From Opitutia bacterium (GTDB lineage: Bacteria > Verrucomicrobiota > Verrucomicrobiia > Opitutales > Opitutaceae), in the NCBI GenBank assembly GCA_037128315.1, contig JBAXWQ010000001.1, forward strand, positions 1 through 39,753: a stretch of 39,753 nucleotides of DNA, given 5' to 3'. Of the stretch, positions 35,732-39,753 are shown in pieces. The notes under the pieces were generated by a model. The model made no database searches, was not told where the DNA came from, and worked only from the letters and a program-made list of their open reading frames with translations. A program made the position numbers and the translations under genes. Numbering within the stretch: the stretch's first letter is position 1; the number at the start of each line of letters is the position of its first letter.

Positions 35732-36674
35732 CTGGTTCCGCCTCCAGGTGCTGCACGTCATGCGCGTGCCGCACGACCCCGCGCCGCCATATGGAGCCCC
35801 GGGCTCCATCCGGATTTTTCGCGCCGGCCGGAATTATTTCAAGCTCCGGTTGTTCGGCTGGGTCGTCACGCAGCTGATCGTGCTGGGCGGCATTGTTTTT
35901 TGGGCGGTGGTCCTGATGGACGTCGAGAATGCTGTCCGCGTACGAAAACAGGCGGAGGCCTCCACGCCGGCCTTCTCTCAGGAGTTCTTCAACGAGACCA
36001 TCCAGTCGATGAAGGCGCCCCCGCCGCCTGCCCCCAAAAGCACCCGGCGCAAAGGAATCAACCTCGATGGCTGGACGGGTTTCAAGCGCGGCCTGGTCGA
36101 GATTGGCGTGCGGCTGCCCGACTGGTCCTTCCCCTTGATCTGGTTCATCAAGGTGTCCGGCTTCGCCCTTTTTCTCGGACAGATTCCGTTCACCTATATG
36201 GTGCGCCGGCTCGATTATGAGCTGCGTTGGTATATTGTCACCGACCGCAGCCTCCGCATCCGCACCGGCCTGGTTCGCCTGCAGGAATCCACCATGAGCT
36301 TCGCCAACCTGCAGCAGGTTGAGGTCCAACAAGGACCGCTCCAGCGCCTACTCGGCCTCGCCGACGTCCACGTGCAATCCGCCGGTGGTGGAGGGGGCGA
36401 TCATGACACCCGTCACGGCAAGGAGTTGGACTCCCTCCACACCGGCATCTTTCACAGCGTCGACAACGCGACCGAAATCCGCGACCTCATCCTCCAGCGC
36501 CTCCGGCAGTTTCGCCAAACCGGCCTCGGGGATCCGGATGAACCCCACGATCACGTTGTGACAGGCGGTCCCGCCGTGGCGGGTCCATCCCACGAGTCAC
36601 CAGCCGAGACCATTGCCGCCGCCCATGAGTTACTGGCGGAAGCACGGGCCCTGCGGCAGGCGCTGTCGAAATAG
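35724..36674 (+). CDS. Second bPH_2-domain membrane protein
   Basis: Two TM segments, then WYIVTDRSLRIRTG...MSFANLQQVEVQQGPLQRLLGLADVHVQSAG. Start overlaps the stop of the upstream gene. Confidence 0.85.
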   Translation: MYDWFRLQVLHVMRVPHDPAPPYGAPGSIRIFRAGRNYFKLRLFGWVVTQLIVLGGIVFWAVVLMDVENAVRVRKQAEASTPAFSQEFFNETIQSMKAPPPPAPKSTRRKGINLDGWTGFKRGLVEIGVRLPDWSFPLIWFIKVSGFALFLGQIPFTYMVRRLDYELRWYIVTDRSLRIRTGLVRLQESTMSFANLQQVEVQQGPLQRLLGLADVHVQSAGGGGGDHDTRHGKELDSLHTGIFHSVDNATEIRDLILQRLRQFRQTGLGDPDEPHDHVVTGGPAVAGPSHESPAETIAAAHELLAEARALRQALSK

Positions 36675-36746
36675 AGGGCCCCTTTTCAGCTCGCCGGGCG
36701 ACTCGGTCGCGCCCGACTGCCAGGCATCAGCTTAAATCACCGAGCG

Positions 36747-36825
36747 GTAGGAGCGGCTTTATGCCGCGATGTTGGACGATCGATGGCGGCACGAATGTTC
36801 GATCGGGGCGTAAAGCCCCTCCTAC
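36747..36825. repeat. REP doublet (REPIN), family A, between convergent genes
   Basis: GTAGGAGCGGCTTTATGCCGCGAT ... ATCGGGGCGTAAAGCCCCTCCTAC. First 37 nt identical to the copy at 6651. Confidence 0.92.
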
Positions 36826-36845
36826 AGACCAGATTCTTCTCGTCC

Positions 36846-36868
36846 CGGGCGACACAGAATGTCGCCCG
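36846..36868. terminator. 9-bp hairpin just downstream of the LysM gene
   Basis: CGGGCGACA-cagaa-TGTCGCCCG. No clear U-tract, so terminator function is uncertain. Confidence 0.3.
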
Positions 36869-36879
36869 CCTTTATCAAC

Positions 36880-37758
36880 TCACGGAATCTTGAGCACCAT
36901 GCCCGCCTTGAGGTCGGTTTCGCTCTTCATGACGTCGCGATTGGCGGCGTAGATATCGTGCCACTTCGTGCGATTGCCATAATACTGCTGGGAAATCTTG
37001 GACAGCGTGTCGCCGGGCTTGATGGTGTGCTTGCGGCCCGCGGCCGGGGCGGGTCCCGGCTTGGCCGGAGCCGTGACGGTGGTGGCCGCCGCGGCGCTGG
37101 TCTTGGGTGGCGTGACCGCGGTGCGTGACGCCTTGCCCGGACCGGGCTTCGTGTGCAACACCGGGCCGGTCTCCGTGGAAAAACTAATGGCCGGCGCCGA
37201 CGGTGCCGCCGCCCCCGGTTCGGCCTCCTCCCGGGTGAAAGTTGTCGCCTCGGATCGGCCCGCCTTCAAGTCCGCCAGTTCCTGCTTCAAGGACTGGTTT
37301 TCCTGCTTGAGCCGGTCCAGCGCCGCCACGAGATCCACCCGCTGCAGCTGATTTTCCAAGGGCTGAGCCGGCAACGTACGGGCAAAATCCCGCGTCGCCG
37401 CGGTGATGCGCTGCCGAACCAGCGAGGCCTGCGGGCTATTCGGTCGCAGCGCGAGGTATTTGCGAAAGTGGTAGATGGCCGAGAGCGGGTCGTTGATATG
37501 CTGCAGGTAGAGCAGACCCGCTTCGAGGTGCGACTCGGCCGCATCCTCCCCGCGCTGCTCGATGACCTTCAGAAAGGCGTTGAGGGCCTCCTGCTTGCGG
37601 CCCGTCTTGAGCAGGGCCTGACCCTCGCGATAGACCGGCTCATCCACCTCCGCGGCGGAGGAGAGCCGTTCGTTGCCCCCGCAGCCCGCCAAGCCAAGCA
37701 ACAGGGCACCCAGCAGGGGTGGCAGCAGGCGGCGGAAGTTGGGGACAGGACGGAACAC
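36880..37758 (-). CDS. Lipoprotein with TPR-like repeats, coiled coil and C-terminal LysM domain
   Basis: Lipobox LAGC; AESHLEAGLLY...AIYHFRKYL; C-terminal HTIKPGDTLSKISQQYYG...IYAAN...LKAGMVLKIP. Start uncertain (GTG 37758). Confidence 0.88.
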   Translation of the reverse strand: MFRPVPNFRRLLPPLLGALLLGLAGCGGNERLSSAAEVDEPVYREGQALLKTGRKQEALNAFLKVIEQRGEDAAESHLEAGLLYLQHINDPLSAIYHFRKYLALRPNSPQASLVRQRITAATRDFARTLPAQPLENQLQRVDLVAALDRLKQENQSLKQELADLKAGRSEATTFTREEAEPGAAAPSAPAISFSTETGPVLHTKPGPGKASRTAVTPPKTSAAAATTVTAPAKPGPAPAAGRKHTIKPGDTLSKISQQYYGNRTKWHDIYAANRDVMKSETDLKAGMVLKIP

Positions 37759-37830
37759 GACTGGAAATGAATTGAACGACGATGAGCGGCCGGTAGGTTT
37801 GCGCGTGCCCCAACCCAACACAAGTTTTTG

Positions 37831-38823
37831 ATGCCACTGGATTCCGCCACCCTCCTCGCCCAAGCCCGCAAGTGCCTTGCCATCGAGCGCGAAGCCATCG
37901 ACGCCACGGCGGCGGTCCTCAATGATGATTTTGTGGCCGTGGTGCGCGCCGTGGAAACCGTCGTGCGCGACGGCCACAAGCTGATCATCTCCGGCGTCGG
38001 CAAAAACGCCCATATCGCGCAAAAACTGGCCGGCACCTTCAACAGCACCGGCGTACCCTCCTGCTTCCTCGACCCGACCCAGGCGCTGCACGGGGATCTC
38101 GGGCTTTGCGCGACCGGGGACCTGGCCATTTTGCTGAGCAACAGCGGCGCCAGTGCCGAGATGCTGCAACTCCTCCCCCTGTTCGAGAAATTCGGCCTGC
38201 AGACGGTCGCCCTCACGGGCTCGCCTGACAGTGAAATGGCCCGCGGGGCGGATTTCCGGCTGATCTACCACGCCCCCCGGGAAGCCTGCCCCCTCGCCCT
38301 CGCCCCCACCGCCAGTACGACAGCCGCCCTGGCCCTCGGCGACGCCCTGGCCATGGTGCTGCTGGAAAGTCGCGGCCTGACTCGCGAGGATTTTGCCAAG
38401 TACCACCCGGCCGGCACCCTTGGCATGACCCTCCTGCTCCGGGTGAAGGATATCATGCGCACGGGAGAGGCCTGCCCGGTACGGCCCGAAGCCGGAACCA
38501 GCGTGCAGGAGGCGATCTTCGCCATGACCAAGGCCAAGGCCGGCGCTGTCGCCCTGGTCGATGCCCAGGGCGTGATGACCGGGATTTTCACCGACGGTGA
38601 TTTTCGGCGCAGTGCCCTCACGGGCGGCCCGGATTTTCTGCTGAAACCCGTGGGGCAATTCATGACCCGGAATCCACGCAGCATCCCGGCCGACGTGCTG
38701 GCCGTGGAGGCGCTGAAGCTGTTCCAGCAATACAAGATTTCCGACCTGGTTGCGCTCGATGCCGGGAAAAAGCCGGTGGGCTACATCGACGTGCAGGATC
38801 TGCCGAAGCTGAAGATTTTGTAA
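37831..38823 (+). CDS. kdsD: KpsF/GutQ-family arabinose-5-phosphate isomerase (SIS + CBS)
   Basis: SGVGKNAHIAQK, ALHGDLG, EACPLALAPTASTT, FAKYHPAGTLG and GIFTDGDFRR motifs. Confidence 0.93.
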   Translation: MPLDSATLLAQARKCLAIEREAIDATAAVLNDDFVAVVRAVETVVRDGHKLIISGVGKNAHIAQKLAGTFNSTGVPSCFLDPTQALHGDLGLCATGDLAILLSNSGASAEMLQLLPLFEKFGLQTVALTGSPDSEMARGADFRLIYHAPREACPLALAPTASTTAALALGDALAMVLLESRGLTREDFAKYHPAGTLGMTLLLRVKDIMRTGEACPVRPEAGTSVQEAIFAMTKAKAGAVALVDAQGVMTGIFTDGDFRRSALTGGPDFLLKPVGQFMTRNPRSIPADVLAVEALKLFQQYKISDLVALDAGKKPVGYIDVQDLPKLKIL

Positions 38824-38852
38824 GGTCGAAATCCCGGCCGGCCTTGCTGGCG

Positions 38853-38932
38853 GTAGGAGGGGCTTTACGCCCCGATTCTTGCGTCCCACCGGCCCGCGGA
38901 TATTTCAAATCGGGGCATAAAGCCCCTCCTAC
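38853..38932. repeat. REP doublet (REPIN), family A
   Basis: GTAGGAGGGGCTTTACGCCCCGAT ... ATCGGGGCATAAAGCCCCTCCTAC. Confidence 0.92.
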
Positions 38933-39084
38933 AGCCCTGCTGATTGGAAGCGATACCCGAGCCAAAATGATTCATGCCCCGCCGACGGGGCGCTCGAATA
39001 ATGAGCACCGGACGTCGACTAATAGACTACGCCATGCCTGCTGCGCCAGCTTGTCATGCGCCCGGATCCAGCTAGCGTCGCGTG

Positions 39085-39753
39085 ATGCCGACGCCTCCCT
39101 TCATCTATCAGGATCCGCTGCCGCTGGGCCCGGATGACACAGAATACCGCCTGCTGTCCACCGAGGGCGTGACCCGCGCCACCTTCGAGGGCCGCGACAT
39201 CCTCAAGATCGCCCCGGAAGCACTGACCTATCTGGCCCGCGAGGCATTTCATGACACCAATTTCTTCCTGCGGCCCAAGCATCTGGCCCAGGTGGCGGCG
39301 ATCCTGCAGGACCCCGCGGCTTCCGCCAACGATCGCTACGTGGCGCTGACCCTGCTGAAGAATGCCGAGATCGCGGCCCGGGGCATTCTGCCGATGTGCC
39401 AGGACACCGGCACCTGTGCCATCTTCGGCAAAAAGGGCCAGGCCGTCTGGACGGGGGGCAATGATGCCGCCCAACTCACCCAAGGCGTGTATGAGTGCTA
39501 CACCAAGGAAAACCTGCGCTACTCGCAGGTCGCCCCGCTGGACATGTACAAGGAGGTCAACACCGGCACCAACTTGCCGGCCCAGATCGACCTGTTTGCC
39601 ACCGAGGGCTCGAAGTATGAGTTCCTCTTCGTCGCGAAGGGCGGCGGCTCGGCCAACAAGCTTTACCTGTTTCAGGAAACCAAGGCCCTGCTTAATCCTA
39701 AGGGTCTCGAGAAGTTCTTCGCGGACAAGATGCAGCTGCTCGGCACGTCGGCC
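39085..39753 (+). CDS. fumA: Class I fumarate hydratase, 3'-truncated by the window edge
   Basis: Not in the ORF track because it has no stop. [50 protein letters not shown] and AKGGGSANK motifs. Confidence 0.93.
   Translation, partial: MPTPPFIYQDPLPLGPDDTEYRLLSTEGVTRATFEGRDILKIAPEALTYLAREAFHDTNFFLRPKHLAQVAAILQDPAASANDRYVALTLLKNAEIAARGILPMCQDTGTCAIFGKKGQAVWTGGNDAAQLTQGVYECYTKENLRYSQVAPLDMYKEVNTGTNLPAQIDLFATEGSKYEFLFVAKGGGSANKLYLFQETKALLNPKGLEKFFADKMQLLGTSA

Noticed and set aside
36880-38889. 669-aa ORF as a single large LysM protein
   Set aside because: The first ~377 codons are antisense to kdsD or intergenic; a lipoprotein signal marks the real start near 37758.

Overview
High-GC chromosomal window, most likely from Verrucomicrobiota (Opitutaceae-like; inferred from gene content and protein sequences). 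Protein genes in order: partial comEC, a small conserved protein, an EEP-family phosphoesterase, a two-domain ThyX, a secreted GH151/GHL6-like glycosidase, the complex I operon nuoB-N (minus strand, no nuoA, one extra membrane gene between nuoE and nuoF), tRNA-Ser(GGA), a small GIY-YIG nuclease, astA-astD-astB, a single-domain response regulator, an NDH-2 fused to cNMP-binding and CBS domains, sufU-sufS, a REP-associated tyrosine transposase (RAYT), hemN, queD, a Tat metallophosphoesterase, two bPH_2 membrane proteins, a TPR/LysM lipoprotein, kdsD and partial fumA. The unusual part is the repeat layer. Many spacers hold short inverted-repeat elements of several unrelated families: four GTAG-REP types, TGTCAT palindromes with covarying cGNAg loops, 7-mer and 9/10-mer periodic arm pairs, and TA-flanked MITE shells. 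Two loci are nested three deep. One REP doublet sits in frame inside nuoG. The tRNA-Ser 3' end is followed by covarying ~131-bp tandem units, a GIY-YIG gene and a decayed second copy of the tRNA end, suggesting an integrase-free, tRNA-targeting nuclease element. All calls come from reading the sequence by eye; no searches were run.
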